Origin: a virus
Lineage: Duplodnaviria > Caudoviricetes
Length of the DNA stretch: 64,000 nucleotides
Virus record (IMG/VR): IMGVR_UViG_3300005614_000005
Location: 29,168 to 93,167 of that record
Reading direction: 5' to 3' (one strand)
This document shows positions 56,691 through 64,000 of the stretch, one piece after another (the first letter of the stretch is position 1; each line of letters begins with the position of its first letter). The position numbers and the translations under genes are program-made. The notes below the pieces were generated by a model, which searched no databases, was not told the DNA's origin, and saw only the letters and a list, made by a program, of their open reading frames with translations.

Positions 56691-57205
56691 TTGACGAGTC
56701 CCATGACTCTGAGAACGCGCATGTTCTGGCGGGCGTCGGCGAGCGCGTGGTGGTCGGGTTCGCCCGCGTCCACGAGCGCCGAGCGCGGGTCGAAGCCCAT
56801 CTCCTCCTGCCACCCGCGCATCGCGGGCTTCATCTCCAGGTACGACATCGGCCAGCCGGCGGGCTTCTCGATGAGTGGGCCGAACAGCGACATCATCGCC
56901 ACCCAGTCGTAGGCGCCGACGTAAGCGAAGAACTCGGGCTGACCCCCGCCGTCAGCCACCCAAAGCTGGAGCTGCCGTGCCAGCTCGTCGTGCGAGAGCT
57001 GGGCGTCGGGCCCGGTCAGGTGCGGGCGGACGTTCTCGCGGAGCCACGCCAGCGAGCCATCCAGCGACCACCACATGTCGGGGCGGGGGGTCTCGGCATA
57101 GAACTCGCGGCCATCCTCGCAGACGAGCCCGATGGAGATGAGGTCGATCCCGGGCTTGCCGTACGCTGGCGCGTCGAGGAACTCCGTGTCGAACGTGTAG
57201 ATCAT
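56687..57205 (-). CDS. DEDDh 3'-5' exoribonuclease (RNase AS/Rv2179c-like)
   Basis: FDTEF...LISIGLV..DGREFY...AYDWV...HHALADAR. Confidence 0.9.
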   Translation of the reverse strand: MIYTFDTEFLDAPAYGKPGIDLISIGLVCEDGREFYAETPRPDMWWSLDGSLAWLRENVRPHLTGPDAQLSHDELARQLQLWVADGGGQPEFFAYVGAYDWVAMMSLFGPLIEKPAGWPMSYLEMKPAMRGWQEEMGFDPRSALVDAGEPDHHALADARQNMRVLRVMGLVK

Positions 57206-57459
57206 GGCTGCCAGTTTCGTTCCTCGTGAAGACGTCTAATGCACTCCTTCACGTCATTGAGACACTCGTCATTCCAGATCGTCTGCTCGTCGGGGAAGAA
57301 TGCGTAACACCTCCACCGGCCGAACCACTTCACTTCACCGAGCACCCCAAGATGCCGCTTACTTGTGATGATGATCCGCGTCGTCTTACCCTCGTAGTGG
57401 TCATCACGGTTGAACGTGAGATACTTGCTCGGGGTGTCCTCGGGTAGTGGGTAGTTCAC
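57202..57459 (-). CDS. Conserved-looking phage hypothetical protein
   Basis: LGEVKWFGRWRCYAFFP...CLND. Confidence 0.6.
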   Translation of the reverse strand: MNYPLPEDTPSKYLTFNRDDHYEGKTTRIIITSKRHLGVLGEVKWFGRWRCYAFFPDEQTIWNDECLNDVKECIRRLHEERNWQP

Positions 57460-59514
57460 GAGCCCTCCAGTACGTGAACGAGGGCGAAGTGGGCACGGTA
57501 CCCTTCGGCGGTCCAGAACTTGCGACCGCAGTGACACGACTTGCGGAGCATCCCGTGGAACGGCTCGGGCGTGGCAACGATCCACGCCTCCACCCCGTCC
57601 GCGTACTGGCGGAGGATGTAGTCGCCCTTCAGTCGGACGTAGGGGCCGCGCTCGATCACGCGCTTTCCGCCAACTTCGACGCGATGACGAGGCACGTCGG
57701 GGTGAGGAAGGTCTGGACCTGGACGGAGTATTTTTCGAGCATGATGAACCCGATGATGAAGACCGTCAGGACGAGGAACATCAGGAACACGGTGCACCGA
57801 ATCACGAGCTCGGCGAGGCCGAGCACCGCGAGCAGGAGTATGAAGCCGTACTTCACGGCAGCCGCCTCCGCCGCAGGGCGGCCGCGTTCTGCTTGCGGCG
57901 CCGGCTCTTCTGCCAGTCGTCATACGTGAGCTTGACGAAGGCGCCCACGAGTCCCAGGACCGCAAAGACGACGCCGCCGATGAGGCCGAGCAGGCCGGAG
58001 CCGGCGAGCACCCCGATGAGCGTGCAGAGCATCAGGTAGAGCAGGATTCCCCACAACATCAGACCTTCACCTCCAGATCGGGATAGCAGCCGGCGTCGAA
58101 CGACTCCACGAACTCGCCGGCATCGACGGGCAGTTCGTACGTGGTGCCGTCGATGATCGCGTCGGTGCCCGATACCTCGACTTTCGAGCCGCAGTCCTGC
58201 AGGGCGCAGGCGAGCGGGCACATGTCGGACTCCTCGCGGACGCCCGTGGGCAGCGCGGAGATGGCGGCGGCGCCCCGCTCGGCGCGAACGCCGTTCGCGA
58301 ACGCGAGCGCGGCGTCACGGTACCGGCGCAGGTTGGCCTCGATGTCGGCTTCGATCTCGGGGTTCACCACGTCCCCGCGTCTTTCCAGAGGTACACGACC
58401 TCGCCGCCCACCTCACGGCACCACTTGAACCCGTCAACCGCCGCCTGGGCGATGACGAGGAACGGTCCCGCGACGACGAGCAGGGCACGAGCGTACCACT
58501 TCCGGTACGGACGTGGCACTTTCAGCGCGAGGTCCTTGATGGTCACGGTGACATCGCCTCCCGCAGTTGGACGCGGAGGTGCGCGTCGTGCGTGCGCTGA
58601 AGCAGCCAGTCGAGCGCCGCGTTCCAGCCCTCGGCGAAGCTCTCCGTGCTCTTGATCCGCTTGCCGCCGTCCACGTACTTGCGGGCGGCGACCTTCATGA
58701 CGGCTTCCTGGATCGGGGTCGTCATACCGGCTCCACCGTCATCACGGGGTCGTAGCCGAGCGAGTCGGCGAAGTCGACCGCCTCGACGGGGGCGACCTGG
58801 GCGTCCACGGCGGCCATCGCCGCCGGGTCGGGGTCCGGGTAATTCTCCGGGTCGGCGTCGTACTCCCAGGTGATCGTGGTGCGAAGCAGGGTCATCCGAG
58901 CAAGCTCACCCCTCGGGTGTGTAGCAGTTGAAGGCCCTTGTCGGTTGGGCGGTGGTGGTCGTCAAGGTAGCCGGACTGTTGGAGCTGCCGGCGGCAACGG
59001 AAGGAGGGCGGCGGCTCGTTGGCGATGCGCCAGCGGCCGTGCTGGGTGTGGTAGAGGCGTCCTCGCACGGCGGCGCGCAGGATGCGGATGTGCTCGTCAC
59101 GCACCTTCACGACTCCCACCGCCGGTGCCTACCGAGCTTCAAGAAGTCGCCCAGTTCGACGGTGTACCAACCCCTCGCCACCGTCCTGATCTCGGGGATG
59201 CGCGAGCTGAACGTGCCAGTCCAGACCTGGCGGGAGACCGAGAGCGGCCCGCACCGCCACGTTGTCACGATGTGCCCGACGCCGAAGAAGCTGTCGGACC
59301 GCCGGATGAACCGGCCCTTGGTGTTGAGGGTGAGGTCGGGGTGGATGACCATCTACACGTGCGCTTCGAGCTCGGTCACAATCTGGTCGCGTTCCAGGTC
59401 TGAGATGTTGGTATCGGGGTCGGCGAGAATCCTGAGCAGCGTCTCCACGTGGTCCCTGTGAAGGGTTACGGAGACCTGCGCCGCCCCCGAGGGCGTTGGC
59501 TTAGAGGCGGGCAT
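57456..59514 (-). other. Array of about ten small translationally coupled early genes (57456-57659, 57656-57856, 57853-58059, 58059-58370, 58364-58546, 58543-58725, 58722-58895, 58892-59119, 59107-59352, 59353-59514)
   Basis: Consecutive short minus-strand ORFs with start/stop overlaps; two are hydrophobic; no recognisable domains. Confidence 0.55.
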
Positions 59515-59521
59515 GGCGGGC

Positions 59522-59550
59522 ATCTTAGCTCCAGTTCACCGGTTCGTCAA
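59522..59550 (-). promoter_or_regulatory. Sigma-A-type early promoter (leaderless)
   Basis: TTGACG-N17-TAAGAT, 7 nt before ATG 59514. Confidence 0.7.
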
Positions 59551-59571
59551 GGCATGTTGTAGGATCTGCTC

Positions 59572-60552
59572 ATGAAAATACTCAGAAGCACCTCAATTGG
59601 GGCGCTCCTGATCGCGGTCGTGCTGGCACTTGGTGCCTGTGGGGGCGGCGGTCACGGGAGTTCGCCTCCGGCAGCGCTCGAACGCTGCAACCCGAACGAT
59701 CAAACCATGCAGTGCGCCCTCCAGAACCAGTCACCGCCGGTGACGGCACGACAGGCGCCCTTCGCGCAGCACGTCTTTCAACACGGCGTGGACTTCGCGT
59801 ACGGCGCACCGTCGGCGAGCTTCATGCGCTCGCACGGGTGGTCCTTTGGAGCGTCGTACCTCTCCACCGACTCCGGCAAGAACTGGCAACTCGGGCAGTT
59901 TCGCTCGCTGCAACGCGGCGGAGTCGCCGGCGTGGCGGTGTGGGAGACCTCGGCGGAACGTGCACTCGGCGGCTGCGGTGCGGGGCGAAGCGACGCCCAG
60001 CGAGCGTGGGCCGAGGCCAAACCGTTCGGCTTCCGCGTCATCTACTTCGCGGTCGACTTCGAACTCCAGGGCTCACAAACTAGCACGGTGAAGTCGTACT
60101 TCCGGTGCGCCGCCAGTGTGGGCGGGGCGAGCAAAACCGGCGTGTACGGCGGGATCTTCACGATGGAGGTCGTGCTGGACTCGGGCACCGTCCGCTACGG
60201 CTGGCAGACCTACGCCTGGTCAAGCGGGCGTTGGGACCCGCGCGCCCAGCTCCAGCAGTGGCTGAACGGCAACCAGTTCGACTACGACCGCGCGGTAGCG
60301 GCCGACTTCGGACAGACGCCCTTCCACGTGGTCCCGGTGAAAAGGAAGCCCGTGGTGAAACCGAAGCCGCACCGGCCGTCCAAGCGGCAGCGGGCGCTCG
60401 AACGCCGGATCCGTCAGATCCGGGGCGAGCTCGCGCACCGCGGCTGCCACCGCCACCCGCGCCGTCACGGGTGCCGCAAACTCGCGCGTGAAGGTCGAAT
60501 CGAGCACCGTCGGCTCGACCGCCTGGTCGGTCGCCGGGTAGTAGTGCGCTAG
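59572..60552 (+). CDS. Putative endolysin, DUF1906/Rv2525c (GH25-like) with lipoprotein signal
   Basis: Lipobox LGAC; GVD...YLS...VWE...IYFAVDF...GVYGG...WQTYAWS.G; very basic C-tail. Confidence 0.85.
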   Translation: MKILRSTSIGALLIAVVLALGACGGGGHGSSPPAALERCNPNDQTMQCALQNQSPPVTARQAPFAQHVFQHGVDFAYGAPSASFMRSHGWSFGASYLSTDSGKNWQLGQFRSLQRGGVAGVAVWETSAERALGGCGAGRSDAQRAWAEAKPFGFRVIYFAVDFELQGSQTSTVKSYFRCAASVGGASKTGVYGGIFTMEVVLDSGTVRYGWQTYAWSSGRWDPRAQLQQWLNGNQFDYDRAVAADFGQTPFHVVPVKRKPVVKPKPHRPSKRQRALERRIRQIRGELAHRGCHRHPRRHGCRKLAREGRIEHRRLDRLVGRRVVVR

Positions 60553-60565
60553 ACGGACGAGCGCG

Positions 60566-60595
60566 AGAAGGGCGGGCACGGAGGCCCGCCCTTCT
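60566..60595. terminator. Hairpin between convergent genes
   Basis: 12-bp stem AGAAGGGCGGGC/GCCCGCCCTTCT. Confidence 0.7.
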
Positions 60596-60604
60596 GCAGT
60601 ACCG

Positions 60605-60889
60605 CTACGCCGCCGGAACGTCGGCGAGGGTGCCGTACATGGGCAGGTCCATGTCCATGAACGCGCTCGCGGGGTCGTCGGTGTCCTTGAGCTTGAGCAG
60701 CACCGAGGTCCGGACGTGCGGCTCGACCTTCACGCCGCCCGCGTGTTCGTGCAGCATCGCGAACGAGGTCACGTGGATCCCGTTCGGGTCGAGACGCTCG
60801 ATGATCTCGTCCGAGAGCTGGCGGTTGTACTCACGGTCCCGCGCGATGCGCGCGAAGGCCTGTACCTCTTCTGTCGTCATCTGCTTCAC
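60605..60889 (-). CDS. Hypothetical protein
   Basis: AAAGGAGG RBS and its own promoter. Confidence 0.65.
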   Translation of the reverse strand: MKQMTTEEVQAFARIARDREYNRQLSDEIIERLDPNGIHVTSFAMLHEHAGGVKVEPHVRTSVLLKLKDTDDPASAFMDMDLPMYGTLADVPAA

Positions 60890-60917
60890 GGCTTCCTCCT
60901 TTGTGTCGGGGAGGACA

Positions 60918-60946
60918 ACCGTAACAGGTCAGACGAGGTATGTCAA
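60918..60946 (-). promoter_or_regulatory. Sigma-A-type early promoter
   Basis: TTGACA-N17-TACGGT. Confidence 0.7.
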
Positions 60947-61311
60947 CTGGGCAGCGTGGGACGCTTCCCGTAACTGCGCACGACGTCCTCCGCGGCGACC
61001 CGACGACGGCGCTCGCGCTCGGCGCGCTTGCGGAGGCTCGTCGCCAGCACCACCTCGGCGGCGAGGTACTCGCCCTGCCGGGTGAGGCGGTAGGCGTCGC
61101 CGTCTGCCTCGATGAAGCCCAGCTCGAGCAGCGTCGGCAGGACGCGCGCCGTGACCGGACGCCGGCCGGCGTGGAAGCGCTCGTGCGTGGTGCCGTCTTC
61201 GGTCGCTTCGGCCGCAAGCCGACGTAGCGTCTTTTCGGTCTGAGGACCGCCCCGCAGGAAGGTGAGGTAGTCCCGACCGCGGTTCGATAGTGGCTTCACC
61301 GTGTTACTCAT
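60943..61311 (-). CDS. Winged-helix DNA-binding protein (putative)
   Basis: LLELGFIEADGDAYRLTRQG. Confidence 0.6.
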   Translation of the reverse strand: MSNTVKPLSNRGRDYLTFLRGGPQTEKTLRRLAAEATEDGTTHERFHAGRRPVTARVLPTLLELGFIEADGDAYRLTRQGEYLAAEVVLATSLRKRAERERRRRVAAEDVVRSYGKRPTLPS

Positions 61312-61335
61312 TGATCGTGTTGTTCGTGGGTGGTG

Positions 61336-61760
61336 AATCTGGGTTGACGCAAAAAATCTGGGTTGAAGGGTATCAAAAAATCTGGGTTGACCGTGAATCT
61401 GGGTGGCCTCTTGACGATTCGCCGAGGTGATTGACGATTCACGGAAAGTGAAACGTCAAGACGTTTTCCCTTAGTTGAGGGAAGTTCTCGAGAGGGCTGC
61501 CATTTCCGTGCAATATAATTCTCCTCTTGTTTTCCCTTGGTTATTGGGTTTTCTTAGATAGTATGCAATAACATAGCTTATCTAAGAGGGGAGAGACTAT
61601 GGTGAGAAGTTCATACCCAGATTTTTTCTCTCTCCTATATATGAGCCTGTCTATCCCCCGAAAAATTGTGGTCTTCTTGCACGATTGGCCCAGAATGCGT
61701 GTAGAGAAGGGAAAAGCAGACGAGAACTTTATTGCACGGAAGTGGCAACTTTTGCACGGA
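61336..61760. repeat. AT-rich non-coding region with iteron-like repeats (candidate replication origin or control region)
   Basis: AATCTGGGT(TGA) at 61336, 61355, 61379, 61396 and inverted at 61615-61627; TTGACGATTC at 61411 and 61431; TTGCACGGA at 61732 and 61752 and inverted at 61505. Confidence 0.7.
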
Positions 61761-61811
61761 TGGGTCAATGAAGCCCTCGCGGCCAGGCTTTCCGTTGTGG
61801 CATGACGTGTT

Positions 61812-62063
61812 TTGCCGTGGGAGGGTGGGTGGCGGGGGTCAGATGATGACGTGATCACCTGGGTTCACGTAGCTGGAGTGACGAACGACGTCGAGGTCGT
61901 GTTCCCGGGAACGATCGCGGACTTTCGGACCGCCCGACAGCGAGCGGGCAGTCGCTCGTTCGAGTGGGAGTTTGAGGGACGCACCTTCCACCTCCCGCAG
62001 TCGGCGAACATCGTCCTGCTGATCGAACTTCCGCGGGACGCACGCGACGAGGGTAAGGAGTAG
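61812..62063 (+). CDS. Hypothetical protein
   Basis: First + strand ORF after the AT-rich region; start uncertain. Confidence 0.45.
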   Translation: MPWEGGWRGSDDDVITWVHVAGVTNDVEVVFPGTIADFRTARQRAGSRSFEWEFEGRTFHLPQSANIVLLIELPRDARDEGKE

Positions 62064-62065
62064 AC

Positions 62066-62380
62066 GTGGCCGCAATCCCGCAAGACCACCCCGGCAAGGA
62101 CGGGGCGCCCCGTCCGGGCAGCGCGCAGGAGGCCGCCGCGGCCGCCGTGCCGCAGCTCCCGGCGCCGATTCAGGTGCTCGTCCCGCCGATGGACGTGACC
62201 ATCGCACACCAGGGCAACGGCAACCGCCTGATGTTCGTCCTCCACCCGTCGGGCTGGCAGTTCACCATCCCCCTGACGGAGGACCAGGCGCTGCAGGTCG
62301 CGGACGGACTGCGCGGCTCCGGCCTGGCGGTGCCGTCTCCCGGCGACGTAGCCGCGGCGACGGCGAGCAGGAGCGGGTAG
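62066..62380 (+). CDS. Hypothetical protein
   Basis: AAGGAG RBS. Confidence 0.55.
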   Translation: MAAIPQDHPGKDGAPRPGSAQEAAAAAVPQLPAPIQVLVPPMDVTIAHQGNGNRLMFVLHPSGWQFTIPLTEDQALQVADGLRGSGLAVPSPGDVAAATASRSG

Positions 62381-62563
62381 ATGGCCGTCAGCGACGAACA
62401 GATCGAGGCCGTCCGCAAGAAGGTGCAGGCCGTCACCGAGGTGGTCACGCAGTACGAGGGCATCACGCACGAAGGCTTCCGCGAGGCCGCCACGGTCCCG
62501 CTCAAGGAAGAACTGGCGAAGGTGATCGGCGAAGTGACCGCCGAAGTCGAGAGCTGGACGTGA
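62381..62563 (+). CDS. Hypothetical protein
   Basis: Coupled 60-aa helical ORF. Confidence 0.5.
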   Translation: MAVSDEQIEAVRKKVQAVTEVVTQYEGITHEGFREAATVPLKEELAKVIGEVTAEVESWT

Positions 62564-62970
62564 ATGAGCCGGTACCGAGCGACGGGGTACTTCGTGATGA
62601 GGGACAGCAAGCTGTGCAAAGTTTGCTGGACATCGGCCGGCGCGCGTTTCGCGGCGTGGAGGCGCAACTGGTGGACCCGCCTGAGAGGAAGCTGAAAGCC
62701 GACGACCTGCGCTGCCGCGCGGACCTCGAGCGACTGGACGACCGCGAACGGCTGGTGCTGGGCGCCGCGCCCGCGAGCAGCCTGCAGTTGCTGGCGTTGC
62801 AGCTAGCTATCAACGAACTGTCCGGCTACCTGCTGCGCGACACGCCCCGCGAGATCATGGAGGCCGACGTGGCGCTCGCCGCGGCGGGCGTGGAGCAGTT
62901 CGACGTGACGGGCAGCATCCGCACCCTACCGGAGCGCATTCGTGAGCTCGCCGCGACCGCCCGTCCGTAA
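62560..62970 (+). CDS. Hypothetical protein
   Basis: Coupled ORF. Confidence 0.5.
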   Translation: MNEPVPSDGVLRDEGQQAVQSLLDIGRRAFRGVEAQLVDPPERKLKADDLRCRADLERLDDRERLVLGAAPASSLQLLALQLAINELSGYLLRDTPREIMEADVALAAAGVEQFDVTGSIRTLPERIRELAATARP

Positions 62971-63463
62971 CTTCATCAACCTCGCGACGGGGATCGAACA
63001 CCTCCCGGCTCTGCTTTCTGCAGAGCCGGCCAGGAGCGAGATTCGGTTTTGCCGTCTCCAGAGCACGGCCCTGGAGCAGGGACACTGGGGCGACTTCCTG
63101 CGCGACGCGGGGGCGGACCTCGTGACCTGCCTGGCGCTCGGGTACGAGTGCCGCCTGTTCGACGCCGGCTCGCGCAGCGGGCAGGAGAGCCGCGTGATCT
63201 GGCAGGGCGTGCCGTGGCTGCGGTTCGCCCTGGGCGCCGCGTGGAAGACGCCCGAACGCGGGGAGAGCGTGGTGCGGGGGCTGGACGCGCGGACGCAGTT
63301 TGGGATGATGTACTCGGAGCTGCCCGACCGCGTGAAGAACTGGATGAAGTACTTCCGGCCGTTCGTGCGCACGCGCCGCGTGTACCTTTACGGCGTGCCA
63401 ATGACAAGCCAACTTGACGGCCGGTACGGCGACCTTGCCGCCCTGCTGTGGAAGGAGATGTGA
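62942..63463 (+). CDS. Uncharacterised enzyme-like phage protein
   Basis: FINLATGIE...RLQSTALEQ...LALG..C.LFD...SRVIWQG. Confidence 0.55.
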   Translation: MSSPRPPVRNFINLATGIEHLPALLSAEPARSEIRFCRLQSTALEQGHWGDFLRDAGADLVTCLALGYECRLFDAGSRSGQESRVIWQGVPWLRFALGAAWKTPERGESVVRGLDARTQFGMMYSELPDRVKNWMKYFRPFVRTRRVYLYGVPMTSQLDGRYGDLAALLWKEM

Positions 63464-64000
63464 TGAGCAGGCAGTTTGGAATCACGCCCGTGACGGCAGA
63501 CGAAGTTGGGCAGCACCTGCAGTCGGGCAGCCAGCAGGCCGTAAACGTTCCGCTCGGTCCGGGGCAGCCGCCCTACCGCCTCGAGCTGCCGTCCGTGAAG
63601 GCGGAGTTCGCAGACGGCACGAAGCCCCTCACGCTGGGTGCGTTCGGTGACTCGGGCGGCGTGAAGGACCCGAATCCGCAGGGCAAGCTCGCCGCGGCGC
63701 TCGTCGGCGACAAGTCGCTGCAGGCGCTCTACCACCTGGGCGACGTGGTGTACTTCGAAGGCGCCGACGCCGAATACGGCCCCCAGTTCTTCGAGCCCTA
63801 CGCGTACGTCAACGTCCCGATCTTCGCGATCCCGGGCAACCACGACTGCGAGGGCGGCCAGTTCGACTCGTTCGTCAAGTACTTCTGCGCGCCGAAGGTA
63901 TCCCTACCCCCGGAGTGGGAAGAGTACGGCCGCACCACGATGGACCAGCCGAACCCCTACTGGACGCTGCGCGCCCCGCAGGTGACCGTGATCGGGCTGG
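63463..64000 (+). CDS. Metallophosphoesterase (purple acid phosphatase-like), partial
   Basis: From ATG 63463: GDSGG, HLGDVVYF, IPGNHD; runs off the window end. Confidence 0.85.
   Translation, partial: MSRQFGITPVTADEVGQHLQSGSQQAVNVPLGPGQPPYRLELPSVKAEFADGTKPLTLGAFGDSGGVKDPNPQGKLAAALVGDKSLQALYHLGDVVYFEGADAEYGPQFFEPYAYVNVPIFAIPGNHDCEGGQFDSFVKYFCAPKVSLPPEWEEYGRTTMDQPNPYWTLRAPQVTVIGL

Noticed and set aside
61336-61440. CRISPR mini-array
   Set aside because: The repeats are only 9-12 bp with 5-12 nt gaps of irregular length, and there is no cas operon.
61541-61858. ORFs within the AT-rich region
   Set aside because: Their composition is unlike the phage genes and they overlap the repeat array; probably non-coding.

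Overview
The window is a continuous piece of a high-GC (roughly two-thirds G+C by eye) tailed dsDNA phage genome, probably a siphovirus. The host is probably actinobacterial; this is inferred from the GC content, the many leaderless starts and several actinobacterial-type proteins. 1.4-22.8 kb (+): replication, recombination and nucleotide genes (primase-helicase, sigma-70, dNMP kinase fused to a UDG-like domain, a thymidylate-synthase homologue with the dCMP-type Asp, PolA, RuvC-like, SNF2, HAD nucleotidase, RNA ligase, Cas4-like exonuclease, Sak4, SSB, all-alpha dNTP pyrophosphatase, divergent C5-methyltransferase), followed by the terminases and an XkdF-like protease. 22.8-49.1 kb (-): virion operon from portal to tail. 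49-61 kb (mostly -): small early genes and a lipoprotein-type lysin. 61.3-61.8 kb: AT-rich, repeat-bearing, origin-like region. I saw no integrase, CRISPR array or reverse transcriptase. The best novelty candidate is an 81-nt RNA gene at 40786-40866, with its own promoter and a downstream hairpin. It matches the tRNA-like domain of tmRNA (G3.U70, A73, no D-stem, GAC linker, T-arm) but has no mRNA-like domain. Other leads: a probable cytosine-modification pathway paired with an atypical Dcm, Russian-doll nesting of four carbohydrate-binding modules in the distal tail protein, a prohead protease apparently split over two genes 23 kb apart, and two distinct promoter classes. All calls come from motif recognition by eye; no searches were run.
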